A DNA stretch of 64,000 nucleotides from contig CM035359.1 of assembly GCA_020137815.1 (NCBI GenBank), forward strand, positions 1,426,001-1,490,000, read 5' to 3'. The translations under genes and the position numbers were made by a program. The notes under the pieces are model-generated. The model was not told the origin of the DNA. It searched no databases and was given only the letters and a program-made list of their open reading frames with translations. Below are positions 35,104 through 45,615 of this stretch, piece by piece. This stretch comes from Hormiphora californensis. Lineage: Eukaryota > Animalia > Ctenophora. Position 1 is the stretch's first letter; each line of letters opens with the position of its first letter.

Positions 35104-36399
35104 TCAAACGATGAAAAATTGTCTATTTTTATTCACTTCAATAACTTGTTCGTACCAAGCGAGTACCATCACTACTAGATCCTCAGTTGGTTGTCGCAGC
35201 ATTTCCATGGACAATCTAACAGTTCCACTTTGCATCAAGTTGAGGCCATGCTGATTTTGTGTTTTATCTTGCGTGAGATCAAATGCCAAGGCTGGATACA
35301 CCCTGTAATGGTGCATGACCATAGAGTCTCCCTTACTACCAGTTCCGTTTACAAACTCTGCCATCATGTTTGTCTCAAGATGATCTGTAATTTCTAAAGC
35401 TCGTGGGAAATGTTCTTTTCCATTAACATACAGCTGAGCTGTTTTTACCAGATTCAGTGAAAACGGGTTTTTACTCCTCTTTCTTCCTAGGGCGCTTCTG
35501 TCTTGTACACATACAAGGAAGAAGTATGGTAAAGGGCCATTGATAAGGTTTTCAAGCTGTATTGTGGTGGAACGATCCGTCACTGGAAAAATAGTCATAA
35601 CTTTTTTGTCAGCATGATAGATGGCATTTTCTTTTGCAAGTCGCTCTTCAATTATACTAAGCACAGTATCCCGAGGTCTTTGGAAAGTACATCTTAAGAA
35701 TACCTTGTCAAAATAAACTTCATCGGTATTAGTGTCTGCAGCTAGAAGGATAAACCCGGAGTAGTTTTTCGTCAGCTTAATTTGAAATTTTACTTCAGTA
35801 GGAAGAAGCTTTCCTTGTTTGAATAGAGGAATGTTTAGATCTGACCTCAAATAGACAGTTTTACCTTCTTCAATAACTTTGGCCCTTTCTTGACCATTTA
35901 AATTTTTAGGACTCCCTGTAGCTGGATAAAACTCCAAGTTTTCACTATCTGTCTTATCACCCACAGAATCAAGATCTAATCCCTCCAGACGCTTTAGTAG
36001 TGCTCGGGAATCATGATTATTATGAATTACATCATCCCAAAACTTGAACATGGAGTAAGAGTTATCATAAGATTGGGTCAAAGAAACCCCTCCAGCATAA
36101 ACCTCAACATTTCTCCACAAGCTGGCTGCAAGATGAGGTGATGTTGAAACATTTTGTTTGGCCGGTGGATTAGCTCTACTCTCTGTAAGCACTCGCAGTT
36201 CTGTAAATATTTCAACATTTTCTAGCATATACCGCTCCATAGATGGAATGGTAAACGAAATCTCATCAGAGTTCTCAAGGGAGTTAGTAGGATAAATGTC
36301 CACCCATTTCGTTTCCTCAATTACTGCTTGTGTTGGCTGAGGATCCCAAAGGTGAAGTTGGGAAGGAAACCCTTCGGCCGACTTGATGTACTTTGACAT
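35104..36399 (-). CDS. Polinton major capsid protein (double jelly roll, PY/hexon-like), 431 aa, intact
   Basis: N-terminus LHLWDPQPTQ...WVDIYPTNSL...EISFTIP, middle SDLNIPLFKQGKLLP, and C-terminal NPFS...AFDLTQD...GTVRLSM...VIEVNKNR resemble the Maverick MCP pattern. Size is typical and it lies within Polinton TIRs. Confidence 0.88.
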   Translation of the reverse strand: MSKYIKSAEGFPSQLHLWDPQPTQAVIEETKWVDIYPTNSLENSDEISFTIPSMERYMLENVEIFTELRVLTESRANPPAKQNVSTSPHLAASLWRNVEVYAGGVSLTQSYDNSYSMFKFWDDVIHNNHDSRALLKRLEGLDLDSVGDKTDSENLEFYPATGSPKNLNGQERAKVIEEGKTVYLRSDLNIPLFKQGKLLPTEVKFQIKLTKNYSGFILLAADTNTDEVYFDKVFLRCTFQRPRDTVLSIIEERLAKENAIYHADKKVMTIFPVTDRSTTIQLENLINGPLPYFFLVCVQDRSALGRKRSKNPFSLNLVKTAQLYVNGKEHFPRALEITDHLETNMMAEFVNGTGSKGDSMVMHHYRVYPALAFDLTQDKTQNQHGLNLMQSGTVRLSMEMLRQPTEDLVVMVLAWYEQVIEVNKNRQFFIV

Positions 36400-36445
36400 G
36401 GTTAGCTAAGAGAGGTAACATATTCCCTTTTATAGGAGACAGGTT

Positions 36446-36757
36446 TTAGGAGAGTTGGTCAACTTTCCTTTTACCAACATTGTCAATTATTCTTTTGGCT
36501 CCAGATTCAATTTTGTTTACTGCATAGTTGCTTGCAGCACCAACAAGTTGATTTCCAGCATCTTGGAGACCAGGTTTCGCTAACTCAAAACCTTGTTTCA
36601 GTATCGTTTTCCCAATTGGTATCACCGATTTAAAAATTTTCTTTAAAAATCCGCCCAATCCCGCACCCGTTTGATTCGAATAAACTCCGAGATCCCTTCC
36701 TAATGCTTGACGATAAACTTCAGGGTCGGGTGTAGCTTCTGTATAACTGACACGCAT
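36446..36757 (-). CDS. Small virion protein with QxGxG motif followed by an amphipathic Lys-rich helix (membrane-lytic, cupiennin-like/adenovirus pVI-analogous), 103 aa
   Basis: NQTGAG|LGGFLKKIFKSVIPIGKTILKQG; lies directly upstream of MCP, as in Maverick/adintovirus structural modules. Confidence 0.72.
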   Translation of the reverse strand: MRVSYTEATPDPEVYRQALGRDLGVYSNQTGAGLGGFLKKIFKSVIPIGKTILKQGFELAKPGLQDAGNQLVGAASNYAVNKIESGAKRIIDNVGKRKVDQLS

Positions 36758-36844
36758 GATTATAATATTTGCTATTGTGAGATTTAATGAATCTCTCTAT
36801 CACTCTATATATATAGGCATGATGATCACTCACAATCATGAACC

Positions 36845-37276
36845 ATGGAGTGTTTTCATTGTAATCGAACATTTTCTTCTAAGCATAGCTTAGCTACGCA
36901 TAAAAGTCGCTTTCACCGCTCTGATTACAAATCAGATTTTGCTAACAATCAAGGGTTAATAAAGTTAATGATGAAAGCAGTTCTTGATGGAGAGATAGTT
37001 TTAACCCCAGAAGAAAAGATACAACTTCTTCCAGCAAGGGATAGTATAAGGGAAATTGTCTACAACGAAGCGAAGCTCATTGATGTTTACGACAAAAACT
37101 TGGAATCAGCAATTAAACTAATTGTAAAGTTTACGAAAAATAGGTTTCCCAGTTTGGTCTTTAACAATCCGAGAAAATCTCAAGACCCTATTGAAAATGT
37201 GACTGACCAGGAACTCGATAGTGAGACATCTGAGGATGAGAGTGGTGATGAACAAGAAAGTGAGGCAGATGTGTAA
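36845..37276 (+). CDS. C2H2 zinc-finger protein with acidic tail, 143 aa, carried by the mini-Polinton
   Basis: CFHCNRTFSSKHSLATHKSRFH; good ATG context (aaccATGg); D/E-rich C-terminus; divergent from the capsid genes. Confidence 0.7.
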   Translation: MECFHCNRTFSSKHSLATHKSRFHRSDYKSDFANNQGLIKLMMKAVLDGEIVLTPEEKIQLLPARDSIREIVYNEAKLIDVYDKNLESAIKLIVKFTKNRFPSLVFNNPRKSQDPIENVTDQELDSETSEDESGDEQESEADV

Positions 37277-37373
37277 TGCTATTGTTGTAATATTTCACTT
37301 CCCCTACTGTTGTAACAATAGAGTCTCCCTTTTGCGTCTTATAAAATGACTATCGAATGATCACTCATAATCA

Positions 37374-37822
37374 TGAATGATCATTGATAATCACGAATGA
37401 TATATTGGATATTTTCAAATGATCATCCATCACAAATTGTCCATATATGGTCATAAGATGGCACGGACAAATTGACCATATATGGTCAATTTGTCCGTGT
37501 ATGTATGGTGAGCCATGTTATGACCATATATATATGGTCATAACATGGCTCACCATACATGGTATAACATGGGTCACATGATCATCACGTGCCTACAGTC
37601 ACGTGATACCATGTCACTTCACGTGTTGGTCACGTGACTTGGCACATGATAAATCACGTGATGCACGTGATTGGTCATGTGATGTGTCACGTGACAACCA
37701 ACCGTCCAATAGCAGCAGAGTATTCAGGTCACGTGATACCATGTGACGTCACGTGTTGGTCACGTGACTTGGTGCCCCGCCACGTCACAGAATGGGGTGC
37801 GAGCGGTCCACACTATACTACT
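37374..37822 (-). repeat. Right terminal inverted repeat of the mini-Polinton
   Basis: Near-identical reverse complement of the left TIR, with an extra ~50-bp inverted duplication in the ~37460-37560 region. Confidence 0.9.
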
Positions 37823-38583
37823 GGGGTGAGCCATATTTGGCCCATCAAAACCTATTTTATGCCCAAAATGCTATATTATTAAGACTAAAGACACCTCTAA
37901 CTGTTATCCTTATTATAAAGTACAAATGAGTGGCGTGGTGGTGATGATGGAGTATCCTAGCTTGCAACACTAGCGTGCAACAATTTGCCCATTTGCCCGT
38001 GCGAATCAAGGGGTTGTTATGGTGAGTGGGCAAGGGTATCAATACTGCACGTGCATGTTGTTGGTTGTTTGTTGTGTGTTCCTGCGGTGTTTTGCGGTGT
38101 GATGGCATCTACTGTTGCTGCCCCGATGAATGCCAAAGATTTTCTACCAACGTACTCCCGTTAACTACTCTACACAGCTACAATTCTACGGATGTTTATC
38201 AGTGATAATATCACCTAATTCGGCATGTTTCAAGCGACCCCCTTCTGATCACCCTTGATGTTCATCACGATTCCTACCACTCTACCATCCTCCATATTCT
38301 TCAGCCCGACACGGACATGATGAGAGAGAAAGAGGGAGAGAGAGAAGGGGGGAGAGAGAGAGAGAGAGAGAGAGAGGGGGAGATAGCTAGAGAGACAGAG
38401 AGAGAGATGGATCGAGAGAGATAGAGATATAGGGACAGCGAGAGAGATGGATCGAGAGAGATAGAGATATAGGGACAGTGAGAGAGATAGAGATATAGGG
38501 ACAGCGAGAGAGATAGAGATAGATGGACAGAGAGATAGAGACAGAGAGGTAGAGAGAGATAGAGAGAGATGGAGAAAGAAAGA

Positions 38584-38657
<74 letters not shown>

Positions 38658-40479
38658 TCAACGGGGTTCAACCAACGGACTTTCCAGCGGGTGAGAGGGG
38701 TGCTCCTGGGTGAGGGAGTGTGGGGATTTGGGTCAACGGATGCTCTACTTCAACGGGCTTTCTAGTCTATATTATAATTTGCAAATGAACGTCGTGATGA
38801 GTATGACCTATCATCACGTGCAAATAGAGGGGGTTGCCAAGGAGGTGCCCTGGGAGGGGTATTGGAGGTTTTGGGGGGATACTGCACGTGCATGTTGTTG
38901 ATTGTTTGATGTGTGTTCCTGTGGTTGTTGTTGTTGGTGTTTTAGGATCTACTGCTGCTGCCCGGTGCCCCCATGATTGCTAAAGCTTTTCTACCTACTA
39001 TACCGCGTACCCCGTTGATTCTCTACACAGCTACAATTCTACGGATCTTTACCACCTGATTCTACATGTTATTCAGCGGAATTTCCCTTGATGTTTATCA
39101 CCAGCGCTCTAGCACTACCAACCTCCGTATTCTTTACCCCGACATGGGCGGGGACTGCAATGGGTGGGGACTTCAATGGGCTTTCTAGTCCTTATTATAA
39201 AGTACAAATGAACGTCGTGATGAGTGTGATGTAGTATCCACACGTGCAAATAGAGGGGGTTGCCAAGGAGGTGCTCTGGGAGGGGTATGGGAGGGGATAC
39301 TGCACGTGCATGTTATTGTTTGTTTGTTGTGTGTTCCTGTGTTGTACTGTTGTTCCTGTGGTGTTTTGTGATCTACTGCTGGGGCCCCCATGATTGCCAA
39401 AGCCTTTCTACCTACGTACCCCGTTGATTCTCTACACAGCTACAATTCTACGGATCTTTATCACCTGATTCTACATGTTATTCAGCGGGATTTCTCTTGA
39501 TGTTTATCACCAGCGCTCTACCACTATACCAACCTCCGTATTCTTTACCCCGACATGGAGAGACGAAGAGTGAGAGGGGGGGGGGCATAGAGACGGGTGG
39601 GGGGGGGGCTGTTGTAGGACTTAACAATGGGCTTTCTAGTATGCAATATTCATGTATTGATGACATCATCATTTCTGATTAGAAATAGAAAAATATAAAA
39701 TAGTTTTTTTTCAAAAAAATGTGAAAACTTTTCTAAGTTATACCAGCCCGTCCGATTTGTGTTTCGAATCGGTGCAGCTCACTGGATGTCCTGTCTAATT
39801 AGTGGATTCGAAACGAACCGACACGTGATACCATGCCAAATCGGGGCACCCTAAGCGGGTGAAGAAGTACAATCAAAATTTCAAAATAACTTTTTCTCTC
39901 AAAATTTATGGGGAGCACCGATCAAAGCATTGACAATCGTACTGAAAAAATTTTGCAAAAAAGTTTTAAAATTTTTTAAAGGTATACCAGCCACGTCCGA
40001 ATCGTGTTTCGAATCGGTGCATCTTATCGCATGTCCTGCTGCTAATTAGACGGTTCGGAACGAATCGAAACGTGATCCCCATCGAATCGAAATTTTGACG
40101 CTTGGCGAACTTGTGATTCAATGGCCCCATGGGGATCACGTATCGGTTCGTTCCGAACCGTCTAATTAGCAGCAGGACATGCAATAAGATTCACTGATTC
40201 GAAACACGATTCGGACGTGGCTGGTATCTTTTTGAAAAATTTTCAAAAAAATTTTACAAAAAATTTCACAAAAAAATTCAAAAAATTTTTGGGGGAAAAA
40301 ATCCTGTCCCTAAATCGGGGTGCCACTAAATCGGGGGCCCCTAAATCGGGGTCCGACTGTAATTGGAATGTAATTGGAAGTAATTACATGTAATTAAAAT
40401 GTAATTACATGTAATTAAAGGGTAATTACATGTAATTAAAAGGTCTAAATGACCCCAAATGACAATTCAGACAAGGTGG

Positions 40480-42146
40480 CCCATAAATTATGATAGCGGG
40501 GGACGAGCCGTACCTCCGAAACGGTGATAGTTGTGCAAAAACAAACTACGGGAACATCCTGGAACAATTCCTGGACGACTTTTTGCAAATTATGAAATTT
40601 TTATTCAAAAGTTCATTTTTCATTAATGAACTTTCTACACGTTCATTAATGAACTAAGGACTCTAATTTACCGAGAGTTGGGCATTTTGTTTGGGTTGAA
40701 TTTATCTTTCCAATGAGCACCATAAATATCAAATTGAAGCACCAGGTCACATGGCAGTTGAGAAAATGCACATGCATGATTTTGGCTCTTCCTGCGACTT
40801 TCAATCGGCTGTATCACGGCTACCTTTTGTTCAATCTTTTTAAAAAATTTGGGAGAACATCGGATAAGCAAAGATCTTTCCTCACAAGAAAAATCAAGGT
40901 CAAAACTTAAAGTTCATTTTTAAGTATTGGTAGTTCATTCCACTCATTCAGGAACAAACATCCCTAAAGTGATGAAAAGTGATGGTTTTTGTTTGGCCGA
41001 TACCCTGCAATGATAGAGAGGTGTAAAAATACGCTTCCGGGCTAGTTAGTGAGTGTCCATGTGATCATGATAATATCTGACACCTTTTCTAAGCCATAAT
41101 TAAGGGGTTTTCTCAAATGCAAGCATGTGATTTGAGTTTTCGCGATTGTTATCGTGCAGCAATGTTGAGAGATCTCATAGCACCTCAAAAATGATGATTA
41201 GTTCAATGAAAAGAGTTGATTCATGATAGAAAAGATTAAAACAGACGTCAAAATGAACTAAACGATCATTTTCGATCATAAATCAACTCTTTTCATTGAA
41301 CTAATCATCGTTTTTGAGGTGCTATGAGATCTCTCAACATTGCTGCACGGTACCAATCACGAAAACTCAAATCACATGCTTGCATTTGAGAAAATCCCTT
41401 AATTATGGCTTAGAAAAGGTGTCAGATATCATCATGATCACATGGACACTCACTAACTAGCCCGGAAGCGTATTTTTACACCTCTCTATCATTGCAGGGT
41501 ATCGGCCAAACAAAAACCATCACTTTTCATCACTTTAGGGATGTTTGTTCCTGAATGAGTGGAATGAACTACCAATACTTAAAAATGAACTTTAAGTTTT
41601 GGCCTTGATTTTTCTTGTGAGGAAAGATCTTTGCTTATCCGATGTTCTCTCAAATTTTTAAAAAGATTGAACAAAAGGTAGCCGTGATACAGCCGATTGA
41701 AAGTCGCAGGAAGAGCCAAAATCATGCATGTGCATTTTCTCAACTGCCATGTGACCTGGTGCTTCAATTTGATATTTATGGTGCTCATTGGAAAGATAAA
41801 TTCAACCCAAACAAAATGCTCAACTCTCGGTAAATTAGAGTCCTTAGTTCATTAATGAACGTGTAGAAAGTTCATTAATGAAAAATGAACTTTTGAATAA
41901 AAATTTCATAATTTGCAAAAAGTCTGAATAATGAGTTCAGAGCAAGAATTAAATAGGGAAGAAAATCGAAAAATACTGTTGTACAGAGGGCGTGTGTGTG
42001 TGTTGATCACCAGAAGGAGATATCAAAATTACTTCCTTTGCAAAAAGTCGTCCAGGAATTGTTCCAGGATGTTCCCGTAGTTTGTTTTTGCACAACTATC
42101 ACCGTTTAGGAGGTACGGCTCGTCCCCCGCTATCATAATTTATGGG
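40480..42146. mobile_element. 1.67-kb foldback element with ~740-bp near-identical inverted arms
   Basis: cccataaattatgatagcggggg...cccccgctatcataatttatggg; spacer ~41221-41281; mirror ORFs on both strands. Same family as 25688-26813. Confidence 0.85.
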
Positions 42147-42933
42147 ACCAGCGGGTGGCAAAATTTAATCCGGTTTCGGGTCGGCTGACGTAAAAACTCC
42201 GCGTTTTGGTCGAGTAACATGTAATATTATGCGGGAATGAATAATATGCGTGTTTCTATTTTCTGCACTTATCACATAAAGTGCATCCCAGTACCAACTC
42301 CCTTTCCCTCTCTCATGAACTTATATTATTCAGGTAGAAAGAAACATGGCTGTTATCGAAATACGATTCTGTCTTATCAATTTCCTGATTTCTAATTATA
42401 TTCTTTCTTTGTCTTCTCCTATATATAAAGTCGAGACTATTCCAACCTGCCTTCTTCTATATTCCTACTCCAAACACATTGATTCATCCTAAAATTAGGA
42501 TATCACATTTCTATTCCTGCATAGACATATATTATACAGTTCATTGCATCATAATATAATATATATTCTCTCCACTAAACACCTCTTTTTCTTAGGTTTT
42601 TGGAGCGTTTGCATCCCACCCCTGGAGTAATCCGGAGCCTAAGTTCTATGGAAATGGGGAATGCTTCCTATTCACCCTCCATCCAGAGTATGTGCTACTT
42701 TCTAAAAACTTGGTGCCCTAAATTTAACTTCTTGGATTTTCTCCAAAACGCTGTTTTAGAATGCATTATATTTTATCGTCTTTTCATAATCACAAGAAAG
42801 TCTGACAAGTCGTTAATTCCCTGTTCCTTTATCCAGGTACAAGGTTTTCAAGTGGTCGGGGAAGAACTGTTATTGTCAGATGATCGAGAACAATCGGATA
42901 ATAATGGGTGGCGGCAGGTGAGAAAGAGAGAGA

Positions 42934-43345
42934 TTACTTACTTATGATTACTTATGAAGGGTTTTCCAAGTTAGATGGCCATCCGTTGTTCGTCGAACCG
43001 CCTGATTCCCCCGCACCACTCAGTCAACAAATTTCTGTTGTTAGCTGGGTATCCGGGAGTTGGTGGCAAATCTGGAACCTCTCTTAGGAAGAGATCCAAA
43101 CTTGCTTTGAAGGACGCTAGGTCTCCAATCTCTCTGAGGTCAGCTGGGATGCAGTTCCGTAGTTTCGGTCCAAATGTACCGAAGGAGTCGGCATAGAGAG
43201 TTGAATTCCTCTTGCTTTTAACTCTTGAGAGATCTGGCAGGACTGCTTTTAGACCATGCCTTGAAGTGCGATGAAACTTCATATCAACTTCATTTGGAGC
43301 TGCCCCGTGAAGGATTTTGTGTACGTGGAGAATCACATACACATT
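42934..43345 (-). mobile_element. 5'-truncated non-LTR retrotransposon (CR1/L2-like) 3' end
   Basis: ORF2 C-terminal pattern HKILHG...SF...GPKLRNCIPADLR...FKASLDLFLREVPDLP.TPGY, followed by a short (TAAG)-like tail. Confidence 0.75.
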
Positions 43346-44085
43346 GAGGTGTGGATTGAGAGAGAGCTTAAGCAAAGCAAAGCAAAGCAGGACGGCTAGG
43401 ATAAATCCAGTGCCGGGGTGCTGATATCCCTTTCAATGGCGTTTCAGCTACGGGTCCTTCCGGTGCAGATTTCTCTGCAGCGTAGCCGGGCGCTTACCCC
43501 ACAACATACGCACTCCGTGTTAGAGCTTAAAATGTGTGTTTATTTATAAAAACAACTTAGTGTTTGGTTTTAATGGTGCATTGTTTAGATGCATTAGAGT
43601 GATTATAATCTCGATTTCTTTCTCCAGCCCTCGGCCTCGCCCTTTTTTATGAACACCTCATGAGAGCAACGGACACGTTCTTTTTTCTAATTTCTCTTTT
43701 TTGTCTCAAAGAAATTGAACCTAAAGCCTAAATTTAAATTGTGTAGGCGTCAGAGAGAGAGTGGGCAATGCTGGGCATGCATCTGTGTGTGTGTTAGAAA
43801 CACCGTACACTTAACAGAGAGATAGGAAAGAGACAATGCGAGAGAGATTAAAAAAAAACTAAGCAGTAGAGACACAAGCACCTTGGCTATAACCTTGCAG
43901 TAACGCGCGAAGACTGTAGATCAGGTGTTCTCGCGCGCATGCAAGTCACATCCAGAGTTTCAATCTGCAGTCACGGTTTGTTGTTGAGAGAGTTGGGCCT
44001 TCGATTTTCGAAGCGGATCGTGACTTGTAACTCTATAAATCTTGACCGTGAATACTACATGCAGCAGTGGTCAATGGGTATAGTC

Positions 44086-44367
44086 GAATTTTTTATTTAA
44101 GCGACAGGCCGCCGCGCATTTAAAGAGGTCGCGCGGCGTCGTATTTGCGCGTGATAATCGAGATCGAGTTCCTGGCAATCTTAAGACTTGAACCCGGAAG
44201 CATTGGAAAGATAATTTCAAGACCTTTCCAACGCAACCAAAATCAATTCTTTATCTAATCAGGAACCGGAGATATGAGCGAAAAGGTTTCTCGAATTGTC
44301 ACGCGCAAATACAACGCCGCGCGACTTCTTTGAATGCGCGGCGGCCTGTCGCTTAAATTAAAAATTC
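44086..44367. repeat. Inverted-repeat element with ~80-bp arms
   Basis: ttaagcgacaggccgccgcgcatt...aatgcgcggcggcctgtcgcttaa. Confidence 0.7.
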
Positions 44368-45615
44368 AACTTTAGAAGTTATTAAATTTTGATCGACTTC
44401 ATCGATTAATTGTCAACTCATTTCCAACACACTCCCTCCTGTTTAATCCCACTCCCCCTATCTCTATACTAGTAGTCTAGTAGTGACACATTCTACTTTT
44501 CAGTGGTGTCTTTGGCCTCTGGCTGGATGAAGATCTTCACTGTGGATCAACTCAACCTTGCGAAACGTTTGAGAACTTATGTCTCAGCCACGACAACCAC
44601 TTTAAAATCTTTGGAATAGAACTGTGGAGTTTCGATGAAAGCACGTGATATCATGTGGGAGAGAGAAACATTTTAAAATGACTCTTTTGTGATTTGAGCT
44701 TTTTTTAAAAAGACAACAACCACCCGCGGTATATAACTGTGTGTGGGTGAGTGTAGGCAGAATTACAGGGACGTCTGTGTGTCTGTGTGTGTGTGGGTAA
44801 CTTGCGGCAAGAGATTTTACCGGAGAGAGAGAGAGAGAGATAAAGATGTTTCTAGACAGAGAGATAGAGAGATATAAGAGCTTATTTAGAATTATTTTCA
44901 TATCAAATCCTTCGCTAGGCTCACACCCAAGACATATACCCTGATCACAGCTAATAATATGTTACCTAAAATAGTATTCCAGCCCATGAAAAATGGGTTT
45001 ACCGACCCCACCCCCCCCCTAATAAACTGCTCTCCAGTTTTTCTTAATCCCTCCTCTCTTGGTGATGAGATCCCCTTCGCGGGCCTCGTTGCCGCGCTTC
45101 ACGCGGCCTGTGTAGGGGTGGCCGCGTCACCAACCTCCTCTCCAAAATGAAAAAGAAGATCCGACTCCCTTAAAACCACACTCCCAAGTCCCTCTCATAC
45201 GCCCTTTGACCTATAAACATTTTCAAGACGTATTATATTTGTAACGCCTGTTTTTAATTGACTATATTAGAGAAATAATCAATAATATTACCGCGGCCGC
45301 TCATTAATTGATTCGCAATTGTGCTGTATATCCATCCTGGATTTTTTTTTGAAAAAGAAACATTTTAGTTTCGTTTTTTATTAATGGCCGGCTCGGATTC
45401 TCACAGAGACTGGGATTCGATAAACAGGATTCGATACTATCCCGGCCGGATTAAGTAAACAACCAATCAAAACTCGTTATTTAGGTCACGTGACTGGTTA
45501 TCAGCCAATCAGGGACCCGTATTTCCTGATTCGATACTATCCCAGCCGGGCCGGTTTGTTTGGTAAATTCCAATTAACCATATCTCCGAATCCACTGTAA
45601 CATATCATACACAAG

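Larger units (their letters stand above)
33618..37822. mobile_element. Mini Polinton/Maverick-type element (4,205 bp), structural genes only
   Basis: Termini AGTAGTATAGTGTGGACCGC...GCGGTCCACACTATACTACT; 6-bp TSD GGGGTG (33612-33617 and 37823-37828); TIRs ~400/450 bp. Encodes major capsid, minor capsid, a small amphipathic protein and a ZnF ORF. AGTAGT ends and a 6-bp TSD are Polinton hallmarks. Confidence 0.92.
33539..40359. mobile_element. Non-autonomous Tc1/mariner (pogo-like) element hosting the Polinton-type insertion
   Basis: TA|CAGTCGGACCCCGATTTAGGG...CCCTAAATCGGGGTCCGACTG|TA with subterminal ctaaatcgggg repeats. About 2.6 kb without the insert; no transposase ORF; internal repeated blocks at 38.0-39.6 kb. 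Confidence 0.8.

Noticed and set aside
37823-40359. Missing Polinton enzyme genes or a transposase outside the TIRs
   Set aside because: Only repeats and GA tracts are present; no pPolB, integrase, ATPase, protease or DDE ORF was recognised in the readable parts of the window.
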